Shown here piece by piece: positions 43,849 through 57,184 of a DNA stretch of 64,000 nt (the stretch's first letter is position 1; each line of letters begins with the position of its first letter). The position numbers were made by a program, and so were the translations under genes. The notes beneath the pieces were generated by a model. It was not told the origin of the DNA and did no database searches. It saw nothing but the letters and a program-made list of their open reading frames with translations. Source of the DNA: Octopus vulgaris (taxonomy: Eukaryota); assembly GCA_951406725.2 (NCBI GenBank), contig OX597814.1, positions 222,766,001-222,830,000 on the forward strand. The letters run 5' to 3'.

Positions 43849-43851
<3 letters not shown>
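43470..43851 (+). mobile_element. Non-autonomous Helitron-like element, copy 1
   Basis: 5' ..AAATCCGTTCTGTCTGT..CCGATTGCGCTCAAATTTG; subterminal hairpin CCGTCCA-T-TGGACGG (43822-43836); homologous to 56633-57186. Terminal CTAG is not intact. Confidence 0.65.
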
Positions 43852-43881
<30 letters not shown>

Positions 43882-44786
43882 AATGTGAGATTAATCCGAA
43901 TTTTGAAAACAAAGATTGAATAGAGATGTAACAGCAATAGATTAGAATGAATAAAACAAGACAAGTAAATAGGGAAAAACAGAAAATGCTTTAAGTATTG
44001 GAAGAAGTGAAAAGACGAAAATTTTATCAAAAGAGGAAGAAGTTAAGATATAGAAAAAGGAGAATATTAGAAGAAAAGAAAGCTGTGAAAGAAGCGTGGG
44101 AAAAGATTAAATGAAGAATCTGTAACAATGACAGGATTACAATATATTAAAATTAATGAGAAAAGGGGAGGACAAGATGAATAACACGAATTGGTTTCAT
44201 TATGTTAAAATCCAACACCACTCTTGTCCGCATTATCAATAACGCCAGCGCTATATTCTTCAGAAACACTAATGCAAGATTATAATTGTGGTCGATCGCT
44301 CTCCTAGAAATAGCAACTCAATAACATAATTTGTTCATTCTTTACTTGAAAGAACATTAATATTGTAGTCCTTGATAACATTAAAACTACAGGCTGATTA
44401 CGGCTAGAATTACATTGGGCAGAGATCTGCTCAAACAGAGATAACCTAAGCTAAACTATAGCAGCAAGAACCTCGAAATAAATAACGAATTCGCCTCGTG
44501 TATCAAAACTACTATGCCAATCAAGGAACATATGTTCTGTTAGTGAGCATGCTGGAAATAACAATAAAGTACGATAGTTTTAAAAGTAAAGAACTAATTC
44601 GATAAAATAGTCCTGATAACACAAAAGAAAAAAAACAAAACAAAACAAAATAATGACAAGTAGAACGTTTTTCTTCAAAGTTTTTCTCGCTCTGTGCTGA
44701 GCTTGGAATACGATATAATACAATCTATATCAAATTCATCACGTCTATCTATCTGTTTATCTATTTTTTATGTGTGTATGTATTTT

Positions 44787-45129
44787 CTCTCGATGGATAG
44801 ATCGATACAAAAAAAAAAAACGTTCCGGTACATCCGCAACCATGTGTGTCTTTAGCACTCCCATGATTTCCACCACAATTAGAATCCATCACTGTCATCA
44901 CTACATCTACACGACTTGCACCAAAACGATGAAGAATTGCTTACCAACAGTTCATCCTCCTCCTCCTCCTCCTCCTCCTCCTACTACTACTACTACTACT
45001 ACTAGTACTACTACTACTACTACTACTACTACTAATACGTTGCCTTAACAGTCGCCGACAGAATTACAATATGCCACAAAATCACTACTTGAACCACGGC
45101 ATAATAAAAAGGAATTATCAAGCTGTTGA

Positions 45130-45160
<31 letters not shown>

Positions 45161-45181
45161 ATATCTATCTATCTATCTATC
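44787..45181 (+). repeat. ~395-bp direct duplication, copy 1 (copy 2 starts at 45629)
   Basis: CTCTCGATGGATAGATCG...GCTGTTGATATCTATC is repeated 842 bp downstream with about two substitutions plus microsatellite length changes. Confidence 0.97.
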
Positions 45182-45631
45182 TCAAAGCATTCTATAGGGG
45201 TTTAGTGGAGGGGAGGTACGACGACGAGCTCGGGGCGAACCTGGACGTCGACGAGGAGTACCTGACCCGCCTGTTCAGGACGACTTTCGGGCCAGGGCCC
45301 ATGGACAACTTCCAGAGATCCCTGGCCTGGCAGTGCTACCGAGAAGCGCTACCCGTTCGGGATAAGCTCTACAGACACGGCTCGAGAAACACGGGGCCGA
45401 CCTGCCCGAGATGCGGTCAGAGCGACGAAACCGTTCTGCACGCACTCGTTCAGTGTCCAACAATTTCCGACCTGTGGGCTTGTGTCGAACAACTGCTGTC
45501 ACGTGTGGGACGAGTCGGTTTATCAGCTGAGTCTATCGTCAATATTGTCACGCCTCCTTCCTTCAAACGGGAAGGAAGAGCTATTTTCATCATCCTTGTG
45601 GCTATGGCGAAAGAATGTATCTGGTGGACTC
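45182..45631 (+). mobile_element. L1/Tx1-clade non-LTR retrotransposon ORF2 C-terminal fragment (zf-RVT / CCHC zinc knuckle)
   Basis: Open frame KAFYRGL...LAWQCYREALPVRDKL...CPRCGQSDETVLHALVQCP...W...AKECIWWT; GC- and CpG-rich island. Confidence 0.88.
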
Positions 45632-45817
45632 TCGATGGATAGATCGATACAAAAAAAAAAAAACGTTCCGGTACATCCGCAACCATGTGTGTCTTTAGCA
45701 CTCCCATGATTTCCACCACAATTAGAATCCATCACTGTCATCACTACATCTACACGACTTGCACCAAAACGATGAAGAATTGCTTATCAACAGTTCATCC
45801 TCCTCCTCCTCCTCCTC

Positions 45818-45853
<36 letters not shown>

Positions 45854-46030
45854 GTACTACTACTACTACTACTACTACTACTAATACGTTGCCTTAACAG
45901 TCGCCGACAGAATTACAATATGCCACAAAATCACTACTTGAACCACGGCATAATAAACAGGAATTATCAAGCTGTTGATATCTATCTATCTATCTATATA
46001 TCTATCTATCTATCTATCTATCTATCTACC
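45629..46030 (+). repeat. ~395-bp direct duplication, copy 2
   Basis: See copy 1; it runs into the (TATC)n array. Confidence 0.95.
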
Positions 46031-46232
46031 TATCTATCTATCTATCTACCTATCTATCTATCTATTTGTCTATTTATCTATCTATTTATCTATCTACATA
46101 TTTATCTATCTCTTTGTCTATCTATCTGTCTGTCTGTCTGTCTATGTACCTATCAGTCCATGTCTGTATCTAATAGATAGACAGACAGACAAACAGAAAG
46201 ATAGATAGATAGAGAGAGAGAGAGAGCGAGAG

Positions 46233-46303
<71 letters not shown>

Positions 46304-46856
46304 ACAAAAACACACCATCAAAAAATATCTAAAAGGGACAATTTTGTGGAAACTAATATTCATAAAGTAAACACGCAGCACACTGAAAAAATGGAAGTAA
46401 AATACACAGGCACAAACTTTAAATAACTATTTACGTAAAAACTATAAATATTCTAATGTAAGATAGCATTTATTATTTACAAGGAGTGATTGATATGACA
46501 AGGTGGTTAATAACCTGACACTTTCTCACCCAATCCACGCGCTTCATTCTTCCTTTATCAATCCATATATTTTTCCGGCTTTCTCCCCGCCGTCTTGTTT
46601 TTCCTATATTCATTTGGTTATATTTACACTTATATCCTCTCGCAACACTCTCTTCTTCAGGTCATCGATTATTTTTCAGTCATTTAAGTATTATTGATAT
46701 ATCGCACAATCTTCACTTCCAGAAAAAGAAAAAAAAAACGGACGTGTGAAACACACAACGGATAATGCCGTAGACGATGATGATGATGATGATGATGTAA
46801 GGATAACGATAACAATGTTAACACTAATAATAATGATGATGATGATAATAATAATG

Positions 46857-46958
46857 AGAAGAAGAAGAAGAAGAAGAAGAAGAAGAAGAAGAAGAAGAAG
46901 AAGAAGAAGAAGAAGAAGAAGAAGAAGAAGAAGAAGAAGAAGAAGAAGAAAAAGAAGA
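46857..46958. repeat. (AAG)n microsatellite
   Basis: Directly visible. Confidence 0.98.
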
Positions 46959-47842
46959 TTCATAGCATAACGGCGCCAATAAAGAGTGAATAATTTTGTG
47001 ATTAAAGGAAAAAAAAAATCTTAAATTAAGCCGTGTTAAGAGCGGTTCATAATTTTCTCTTAAATCTTCAATTTTAATGAGCTCTGAAGGTAATTTTTCT
47101 TTCCAAGACACACGCTAATAGCTTTTCAAAACGCCTTTTACACACAATTTTGTTGATTTTACAGCAACGCAAGCACTAGCAGCAATAATATCAATATTTA
47201 CAACAACAACAACAACAACAACAAAAATGAAGGCAACAGTAATTTACTGCAACAATCTCAAAAGAGCAAGCAAATGCTGGAAAAGCAAAAATATTTTTTG
47301 AAAAAAAACGATGTATATCTGTATATAGTTATAACAATCATTGGCATGCTACAGTTAATGTAGAAATAAAATGAACATGGAGTTATGTTTATGGCTATGT
47401 TAATATCGAAAGTAAACACAGATAGCCATAAAAGATAGTAATTGTACATTGGAAATTTTGTATATTTATGTATATGTATATAAAGCCTTATAATTTTATT
47501 TGGCCTCATACCATGGATAAAAATGTGATTCTAACGGAAAATGACAGACTATTAAATATGCTTTTGCTATTATAATTTTCGTGATCTATTGAGATATGAA
47601 TTATGAAATATTTTTAGCATCGGCGTTATCAGGAAGCAGTATTTAGCGGTGAGGTCACGATTATATTTTTCTTTTTTAATACAAAGTGTGAAAGATTAAT
47701 CGACATCGGCTGGATTCATTCTCGGAAAATATAATGATGCAACAAAACACTACAAAACGCTACTGCGCTTGCCATATTTTGGTATAGTCGTAATTAACCT
47801 ACTGCTCCGTAACGGAAAGTTTCATGACCACATAATGTCCCT

Positions 47843-47960
47843 GGGCTGCAAGTCGGTAGAATCGTTCGAGCGTCAGACAAAATGTCTCGAGATATTTGTT
47901 TCTGAGATTAATTTTGCATTTCAAACATTCGGGTTTGACGATGTGAAGTTTTACTCCAGA
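47843..47960 (+). mobile_element. Very old SINE family B-related remnant (similar remnants at ~31335-31425, 34520-34735, 48905-49045)
   Basis: GGCTGCAAGTCGGTAGAATCGTT..AAAATG..TTTTGCATTTCA..TTCGGG collinear with the family B head. Confidence 0.5.
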
Positions 47961-48196
47961 GTAGTGTACGAAAGGAACTGTTGCAGAATTGGGTGAAATA
48001 CATTGTGATATATGTTCAGGCGTTATCTGGTTACACATAATCCGTTACATGGTTTAACACCACACCTTGGCTCTTGGTAGCCCGTAGCAGAGTTCGACTT
48101 GTTGCAAGCACTCACAACAGGATACTGAGTTGAACATCATTTCCTAACTATGTCCTGCCAGTGTCGTAAGTTTAATTTTTACAATACGTTTGGGAA

Positions 48197-48615
48197 TCTT
48201 TTATTTGTTTTAGTCACTTGACTACGGCCATGATGGAGCATAACTTTGAAGGGTTTTAATCGAAGAAATCAATACCCTGACCTATTGTTTCAAAGCTTAG
48301 TGCTTATTCTATCGGTACCTTTGCCGAACCGCTAACTTACGTGGACATAACACACCAACACCGGTTGTCAAGCAATGGCACAACAACATAGGCACATAGA
48401 TAAATACACACACACACACACACACAATATGGATATATATATATACACACACACGACGGGCTTCTTTCAGTTTCCGACTACCAAATCCACTCACAAGGCG
48501 TTAATCGACTCGAGGCTATAGTAGAAGACACTTCCCCGAGGTGCCTCGGAATAAGACTGAACCCGGAACCATGTGATTGGGAAGTAAGCTTCTTAACACA
48601 AAGCCACGTCTGTGA
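48197..48615 (-). mobile_element. SINE family A, moderately diverged full-length copy
   Basis: TTTGCCGAACCGCTAA, GACGGGCTTCTTTCAGTTTCC and GACTGAACCCGGAACCATGTG blocks. Confidence 0.9.
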
Positions 48616-49742
48616 CAATAAGCGCTCTTTTGTATTCTTAAAAAGAAGTGATGGAGGAAATCATTATAGAATTTACGAGGACAAATTTAAAATATTTGAC
48701 ACATACACTGACATTGTTTCCAGAGATGCAAATAGTAAATGCTGACAACGAACAAATCTGTTATCAATTATTATGCTCCTCATAGCTTTTCTCTAGAAAT
48801 CCTAATCCTTCAATATTTGGGTACCGTGCATCATATTGTTAGCTAATGTATTTGGATTGGGGAACTTGAATCCGACATAGCCAGAACTGTAAGTGTGCGG
48901 CTAGCTGACGATATCGATCTCAGTGCTTCATTAGTAATTATTTTATCAACTCTGAAAGTGGGATTTGAGCTCAGAATGTCAAGGCGGATAAAATGCCGCT
49001 AAGCATTTTGTCCGATGTGCTAACGAATCAGCCAGCCTGCCGCATTAAATGTATTCAACTGCAACTAGGGACCAAAGCTGAATGTTTATCACATAGTGAA
49101 CTACTGAGAAGGTATCCAACGACCAGGGGTAAATTTTGGCTCATGTTAAACCGAATGATGCTGTAGGCCCACTATTTTCACTAGGCACATTTGAAATTAT
49201 TTCTGACCTTGCATATTTAAGAAAATACATACCAGGTATCTATTAGGAAAGGTTAAGATTCGTTCTGTCACCAACATTGGTAAGGTGTTATATTATTGAT
49301 AATAAAGTTTTCAGTCTCCTTTTCAAATGACAAAATCATTGTCATATCATATTTGAGATAATTATTATATAAAAATCCGTTTTAGACAAAGAACGAAATA
49401 CAAAGATTTATAAGCTATGAAAATAATAACAATAGAAAATCCATTTTTGACAGCGAAGACATCGAATACGATTATAAAATAAAACATTACATTTGATTCT
49501 GACAATTTTGCGTAGGAAGATAGAAATTGTTCACTTTCCCGTGTGAACTGATTGGAAGAGAGATTTTGAGAAGCAAAATAACAAAGGAAAGAAAGATAGT
49601 ACAAGTTAAAATAACCTACGTCATACAATATGCCATCGTGTGTGTGATTTGTCCACACTATTTTGATTTTAGTTATTTTGATTCCACATTCTTTGGACTT
49701 CATTCTTCAGTATTTGTTTCCCCCCATACATTCTGTCTCTCT

Positions 49743-49791
<49 letters not shown>

Positions 49792-50453
49792 CCATATACG
49801 CACGCACTTCCTGTCCGTTTTGATTTTCTCGAAGATATCTGTCAATATGAAAGCTATTAAAGAAATTTTGTTTGCATTTGCTGACGCGTCTCTACAACAT
49901 GTTATCTAATCACTCGACAACTTATCTTGAAGCAGTAATCATTACATAGTATCTTATAATGTAGCGTTAATACTGCCTGCCTGAATGAATGGAAAGGTGG
50001 AAAGAATGTTAGCAAAAGAAATAAATTACACAAATATAGCCACAGCACAGTGACTAAAGCTTTGCTAACTTTTTAAATAGTATGAATATGATACCATCAG
50101 AACAAAAAGTAGCGATGAATATGGACAGGAGAGAACGAAAGAGAAAGAATATCTAACCAGTGTATAAAAATATAAAATAACTGTTTTTCATCCAAACAAA
50201 ACACATAAAATATGGGATTATTGAAGAATAGCACACAAGTTAACGCTACAATATCGTGCAAAACAGTAATTGATTCCAGCATAAACGAAACAGTTCGCTA
50301 GATATCGCATTGAACTACAGAATGATTTGTTAGTATCGTTTACATAACTGATAAAATTTATGGTGCCATGGTTCTCCGACCTAAACAAATAAACAAGAAC
50401 TAATGACATTTACCCTTCCACAAATTATGTGATATCAACTACACTTAAATATC

Positions 50454-51034
50454 CTTTTCTACTCTAGGCACAAGGCCCGAAATTTTTGAGGAAGGGGCCA
50501 GTCGATTAGATCCGCTCCAGTACGCAACTGGTACTTAATTTATCGACCCCGAAAGGATGAAAGACAAAGTCGAACTCGGCGGAATTTGAACCCAGAACGT
50601 AAAGACAGGCGAAATACCTATGTCTTTACTACCCACTAGGGGCTAACCACAGAGAGGACAAACAAGGACAGACAAACGGATTAAGTCGATTAGATCCATT
50701 CCAGTACACAACTGGCATTTAATTTATCGGCTCGAAAGGATGAAAGGCAAAGTCGATCTGAACGGAATTTGAACTCAGAACGTGAGAACAGACGAAATAC
50801 CTATTTCTTTACTACCCACAAGGGGCTAAACACAGAGAGGACAAACAAGGACAGACAAACGGATTAAATCGATTATATCGACTCCAGTGCGTAACTGATA
50901 CTTATTCAATCGACCCCGAAAAGATGAAAGGCAAAGTCGACCTCAGCGGAATTTGAACTCAGAACGTAACGGCAGACGAAATACGGCTACGCATTTCGCC
51001 CGGCGTGCTAACGATTCTGCCAGCTCGCCGCCTT
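50454..51034 (-). mobile_element. SINE family B, complete multi-unit copy with 16-bp target-site duplication
   Basis: TSD ACTACACTTAAATATC at 50438-50453 and 51035-51050; internal ~183-bp periodicity. Confidence 0.96.
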
Positions 51035-51862
51035 ACTACACTTAAATATCAACCAACAGGTGGGAAAGGATGCAAGTTCCCCAATCCAAGTGCATTAGCT
51101 AACAATATGATGAACGGTACATAAATATTGCAGGATTAGGATCTCTAGAGAAAAGCTATGAAGAGCATAATAATCACAATGATTCGTAATCTTTTGGATG
51201 ATAGCAGCCTAAAAGCTTTTAAACTCTAGAGCAAGGTTAGCCACTTGATATTTATGATAATACCTAAAATAACAAATGATTGCTACAAAAATTTCTTCGA
51301 AGATAGACCACTATCAAGCTGACAATTATTTTTTTTTTATAATTACAGTTACTAGTGACAGCTAAATTATAGGCACGATTTCATACATTTAACCTCGCCT
51401 ACCAAGAAAAATAAATATATTATAATGAAGTTGTTTAAGCCGACATCAGCAATGATCCAATCGCCTTGTGATGAAAGGCTTTCTAGCATAATCACTGTTT
51501 CTATTTTCAGGAGGACGGGCATGTGAAATATAGTATTGTGTTCTTATCGGTATCTATCAGACCAGTTACTAGTTTAGCGAAGTATCGATGACGGAGGAAT
51601 GTGGCTGTGGGCGTGTGTTTGTCTGTATATATGTGTGTATGTGTGTGTATGTGTTTATGTGACTGTGTGTGCCACTGGAAGATTTCCAAGATAGGTTTTT
51701 CCATATCAGGAAAATATACTTAAATGTAGGTTAACAATTAGCTAAGAACAAACATCGATCCCGTTAATGAAAACTATTCTGAAAGCACGGCGATTCGTGC
51801 ACGCAGTTTCTATTTATACGTTAACTATTCATATATGCACACATATATACGCACATTCGTAT

Positions 51863-51910
<48 letters not shown>

Positions 51911-52950
51911 ACACATACACATAATACATACATACATACATACATACATACATACATACGTACGTACATACATACATACATACCAGTGGACCTACTTCTT
52001 TTTTCTATAGAAAATTGGTGCTTACAAGGCCAATGTGACATTAAACATGCGTGTGTGTATGTGTGTGTATATACGCGCGAGTGTGTGTGAGCGTGATTGC
52101 ACCCGCCTCAGTTTTGTCACACGACTTCCATGTCATTGATGCCTTTATCGCTCTGTTAGGAGTTGCGTATTCACTATTGCAATGGACAATGATTACTACG
52201 TATAGGAAAGATCAAACGTTACATCCAAAGCATTGCTCCATTTTTTTCTTCTAGTACATATTTCCATTGAAATAGTAGCCGTGTTCACAACTCCACTCGT
52301 GGACAATGCACTGAATAATATAACGCTGTTTTATATTATTCAACAAAAATAGATACATTGATGATCATACATCATAGGCAGCTTCCATTCTATAATTATT
52401 TTTATATTTGTTTCTGCATAATCTATTGTTGTTAGCATATTCATTCTGTCAAAAGAAAGCGGTAAATTGTTCCTCTTCTTGTACAGAATCAGATTGATCT
52501 AATAGTTAAAACTGATTGCTATCTCTGTATAATCGTGAATCATAAATGGAAACCTTGTGACAGCGAGGTTATCTGGCATACATCAGTTTCACAATTGAAT
52601 AACAATAAGGGAATCCGCTCACGACGACACCATTATAAACATCCATTTGAAATATTTGAGTCAGTTTACTGAAAATACCCCCACCTTTTGTTGTTTATCT
52701 GCAACAATTCAGTTCCCGAAAGAGCTGTAAGACACAGAACAGAATGGTATTACATTGGTTTATTTAGCATACATCTTCCTCTTGATGGATGTTCCTCTGA
52801 CGGTTGTCGGTGTAATATACAGTATATTGCGTATAGATTTATGCCTTGTAATATATTGGAATCTTTTCTTATTAATACACATTATTCAACAATGATTTTT
52901 AAATTTCTACACAGATATAGTTTGACATTCTGATAGAATTACCATCGTAT

Positions 52951-53380
52951 AGGCGTAGGAGTGGCTGTGTGGTAAGTAGCTCGCTTACCAGCCACATGGT
53001 TCCAGGTTCAGTCCCGCTGCGTGGCACCTTGGGCAAGTATCTTCTACTATAGCCTCAGGCCGACCAAAGCCTTTTGAGTGGATTTCGTAGACGGAGACTG
53101 AAACAAGCCTGTCGTATATATGTATATTTATACATATATATATATATGTGTGTATATATGTTTGTGTGTCTGTGTTTGTCCCCCAACATCGCTTGACAAC
53201 CGATGCTGGTGTGTTTACATCCCCGTCACTTAGCGGTTCGGCAACGAGACCGATAGAATAAGTACTAGGCTTACAAAGAATAAGTTCTGGAGTTGATTTG
53301 CTCGACTAGAAGCGGTGCTCCAGCATGGCCACAGTCAAACCACTGAAACAAATAAAAGAGTAAGGAGTAAGAGTTAGAGG
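52951..53380 (+). mobile_element. SINE family A, full length
   Basis: Near-identical to 41644-42054. Confidence 0.95.
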
Positions 53381-54015
53381 GGAAATAATTTTCTCTTGTA
53401 TTAAAACTGGAATTCTGGCGATATGTGTGACATGATACGATAGTGCTCCTCTCAGCTCTCCAATAATGGAACAAGTTTGTATCCACCAAGCCTGAAACCA
53501 CAGTGATTTGAAGTGAGCATACTATCACATCTCCAAAACGGAAGAACATGTAACTGCATTAAACGCCCTAATACAAGACGTTGAATCAATTATCATTCGA
53601 TGAGCCAATTAATTTCTGTTGAGATTTTCTCAAAATCATTATTAAAATTCAAGCAGTCAATAGTTGTAATTTTTATTTATTTCTCCCAAAAGCTGATGTG
53701 ATTTTCACAACGAGGATGTAAAATAACATGATCATTAATAATTCAAAGATATTTTTTCAACTGGAAAATCCATAAAATGTACTCCGTGTGACTGATTTTA
53801 AACGGATAAGTATCTCCTTACTATTTGTCAGAATCATTTGTTCCTTCGTGTTAGAAAGAGCTGAATTTCTTTACAGCACTTAAAATGGTTATCGGTTATT
53901 ATTCTCTCAAAATTTACAACAACGAACAACAGGCTTTACATTATGAAATACATATACGCTTTGCTCTCATGGGATGTTATGTATACATGTGTTTGTGTGT
54001 GTATATTTACACACA

Positions 54016-54067
<52 letters not shown>

Positions 54068-54085
54068 TATATATAAATAAATATT

Positions 54086-54116
<31 letters not shown>

Positions 54117-54409
54117 AAGTATGCATATATAAGTATGCATATATACATAAATATACACAAACACACATAAGCGCACGCACATGGATATATACATATATGT
54201 ATAAACATATATTTATATAATATACATATATTATATATATATATGTATGTATGTATACACACACATATATATACATATGTATAATATGTATATATTATAT
54301 AAATATACGTTTATACATATATGTGTGAGTATGTATGCATATGCGCACGCTTATGAGGTCTACGGTGTGCGCGCGTGTGTGTGTGTGTGTATTTATGTAT
54401 GCATGCATG

Positions 54410-55206
54410 TATATTTTTCGCCGCACTTGATCGCTGCGTCCCTAAAACTGGTGTGTAAAGCAAAATATTCAACTGTCATATCCTACGCAAATACATCAAA
54501 CTTAGAACACCATATTCATAAGATTAACAACCGGAAACTGAGCAAAGATAAGTCAGCACTCAAAATAACCTTCTCGACAGCAACCGTATCTCATATGAGC
54601 AGTCTAAAGACAACGTTTGTAGTTCGGATTATACTACCAACCAACAGAGCACTAATTACAATATACATGATAACCATAAAAAATAACACCAGCAACAATT
54701 CAAATAATATACTGAGAACACCTAATGATAATAAAGCGAAAATAGTGACAACCAATATACCGAACAGAACCACTCCCTCCAGGGCTCGATGTACACAAGC
54801 CAACAAAATCAAATAGTTATAGTCATGCAGAGATAGATCCATTTGTCCTTTGGATAACCTATGTATGACTAGGAACGTGATATACAAGTGCACTATAAAT
54901 ATTAAAGGAGGCCCCTACGTATATATCGGGGCATCGGTTGATAAAAATCGATACCACAATCACATCGCCAGCTTTCAAAATATCCTTAAATGCCATGTAA
55001 CATCGGTGGCCGATTTTATCTGGAGGTTTAAGGTATGCTCCCAGGCGTCACTCTCGATAACGTTAACAAAGGAGCGCGTTATAAATAAATTCATTGAACC
55101 CAGATATCTACACGCAGCTAAACACACATTGACATATTGCAATCCCAACCATACATTACTTGATGTATATATCGCGCCCACAACTCTTCTTACAAATGAA
55201 TTTTAG
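54410..55206 (+). pseudogene. Penelope-like retroelement ORF remnant: RT C-terminal tail, linker and GIY-YIG endonuclease
   Basis: One frame with stops at 54814 and 54820: ..TVISYANTSNLEHHIHKINNRKL..*SCRDRSICPLDNLCMTRNVIYKCTI...YVYIGAS..KNRYHNHIASF...TSVADFIWRFK. These are the Cys-rich linker, VIY/YIG and RYxNH motifs of PLE endonucleases. Confidence 0.85.
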
Positions 55207-55355
55207 GAACTATTTTCCGATAACCTATATTTGACATATGATCATGCAATCTATCCATATATGTATATGTATACGTATACATAAATATATATATATGTGT
55301 GTGTGTATGAGTGTGCGTGTGTGTTCGTATGTGTGGGTATGCCTGTGTGTATATG

Positions 55356-55408
<53 letters not shown>

Positions 55409-55414
55409 ATATGA

Positions 55415-55912
55415 GAGAGTCTTTTACATTTTGAGCCTACGCTCTTCATCAGAATGGAACGTAGAAATAAGCAGAGAGAGAAAATAATAACAGGTTTAGT
55501 GGCTAGCAATCAAAAACGGTGTAAGAAGAAACGACAATAGAAAAAAAGCAGACAGTAAAAAAAGGTCAGAAAAGTTCAAAAGGTTCGGACGTCGTGGTGC
55601 ATTGGAGCGATTTCTCCTCAACGGAAGAGTTCAGTGTAATCCATGTGAAATCTAGGTGGATGTCCGAAGTGAAGGGGAGTAAATAATCCCAGGTAGAGAA
55701 GGTATAGCAAATCGAAATGTATGAGGTAGAGACAGGATGAAACTGGTGCGACCACGTGAGCGTGCAATATATAGTTGGAATTTACAAAAAACAACAAAAA
55801 ACAAAAGACGAAGACCGGTAAACAACAAACTCATGTATTAGTTTAACGCTCGGGAAGTGAGAAAGCCTTTCACGTTTCGAGCCAAAGGGCTTCAACAGAA
55901 AGGAACACAGAA
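55415..55912 (-). mobile_element. PLE terminal-repeat remnants in tandem, with two degenerate HHR motifs ~446 bp apart
   Basis: Reverse complements: ATT CTGATGA aGAGC gtag GCTC aAAAtGTA aaag (55419-55460) and CCTTT CTGTTGA aGCC cttt GGCtc GAAAC GTG AAAGG (55865-55905). Confidence 0.7.
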
Positions 55913-56474
55913 ATATATATATATATGTATATATATATATATGTGTGTGTGTGTATGTGTATGTGTGTGTGTTCGTGTGTGTGTCTGTGTATGTGTGTGT
56001 GTGCATGTGTGTGCTTATGTATGTATATACATGTATATATGTTTACGTATATATGTATACGTATATATATTTACTTATGTGTATACGCAAGTGTATTAAC
56101 ACGTCTGTGTGTGTCAAGCTTTGCACGGACGTCTATATCATGCTTTACTTACGAATCTATGCGCATATTTATCTATGCTATGTACGTATATTTATGCACA
56201 TATACACGTGTGTATCTGCGTCTATCAGTTCCTCTACATATATATATGTATATTTGTCCATAAGTATGCGTAAGCGCGTGTATGTATATGCCCATATACT
56301 TGGATGAATATGTGCGTATATGTGTGTGTGTATGTGTGTGTGCGTGTGTGTATGCATCTAAGCACGAACACAAAAAAATTCATCTATCTAGCTTCCGACA
56401 TACATTTATATACATATATATATAAATATAAATATATATAAATATAAAGATATAAATATACTTATATATTCGCT

Positions 56475-56630
56475 TTATTTTCTCTCCTTGTTTCTGTGTT
56501 CCTTTCTGTGGAAGAGCGCATGCGCGAAACGTTAAAGAGCTTTTCACTTCTCGAGCGTTAAACTAATACATCTGTTTGTTATGTACACCTCCTGTCTTCA
56601 TCTTTTGGTTTCTTGCGAATTCTCCATACA
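56475..56630 (+). mobile_element. PLE terminal-repeat remnant, inverted relative to 55770-55912
   Basis: TTTCTGTGTTCCTTTCTGTGGAAGAGCGCATGCGCGAAACGTTAAAG...CGAGCGTTAAACTAATACAT matches the reverse complement of 55830-55912. Confidence 0.75.
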
Positions 56631-56632
56631 TA

Positions 56633-57184
56633 TCTATTATATAAAATCCGTTCTGTCTGTCTCTCTGTGTGTCTTCTAGGATCTCGGGCATCCTCCATCC
56701 GATTGCGCTCAAATTTGATATGTAGATACCGACGGTATCAGGGCGTGTATAAGTCTTGCAAAATTTTAAAAAATCGATTCCAGGTGAGAATGCTATCGAT
56801 AAAGCCGTTTTTGTCCTGCTCTTCTTCCGTCAACCTGTACATAACTGCACCTTCCATTTTTTTGTGTTTTTGTACTGCTTAAAGGCACGTTTCTTTCCTG
56901 CCAAGCTTACTGTTTAAACCATGTTTGTGTTCTCCCAGTCAACAGCCTTATCATTACTGGTACTTTAAAATCTTCGGCTGCATATTTGTGTGAATAAAAT
57001 AGTTTTTCTTTGGAATAGAAAAAAGTATATCTTTATATCTTCTTTTGCTGATGTCTCAAATTTAGGCTAAATCAGCGTTTCTTAAAGGGGACGCCTATGG
57101 GACAGTCGGACAAGTTGTTTTGAGAAAATTTTGTTCAAATGTTTTACAATTCGGCACTGTCCATCGGAAGTGGGGGGGTTTGTT

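Noticed and set aside
54814-54822. In-frame stop at a conserved Cys position as selenocysteine recoding
   Set aside because: The codons are TAG, not TGA, in a decayed copy; no SECIS identified.
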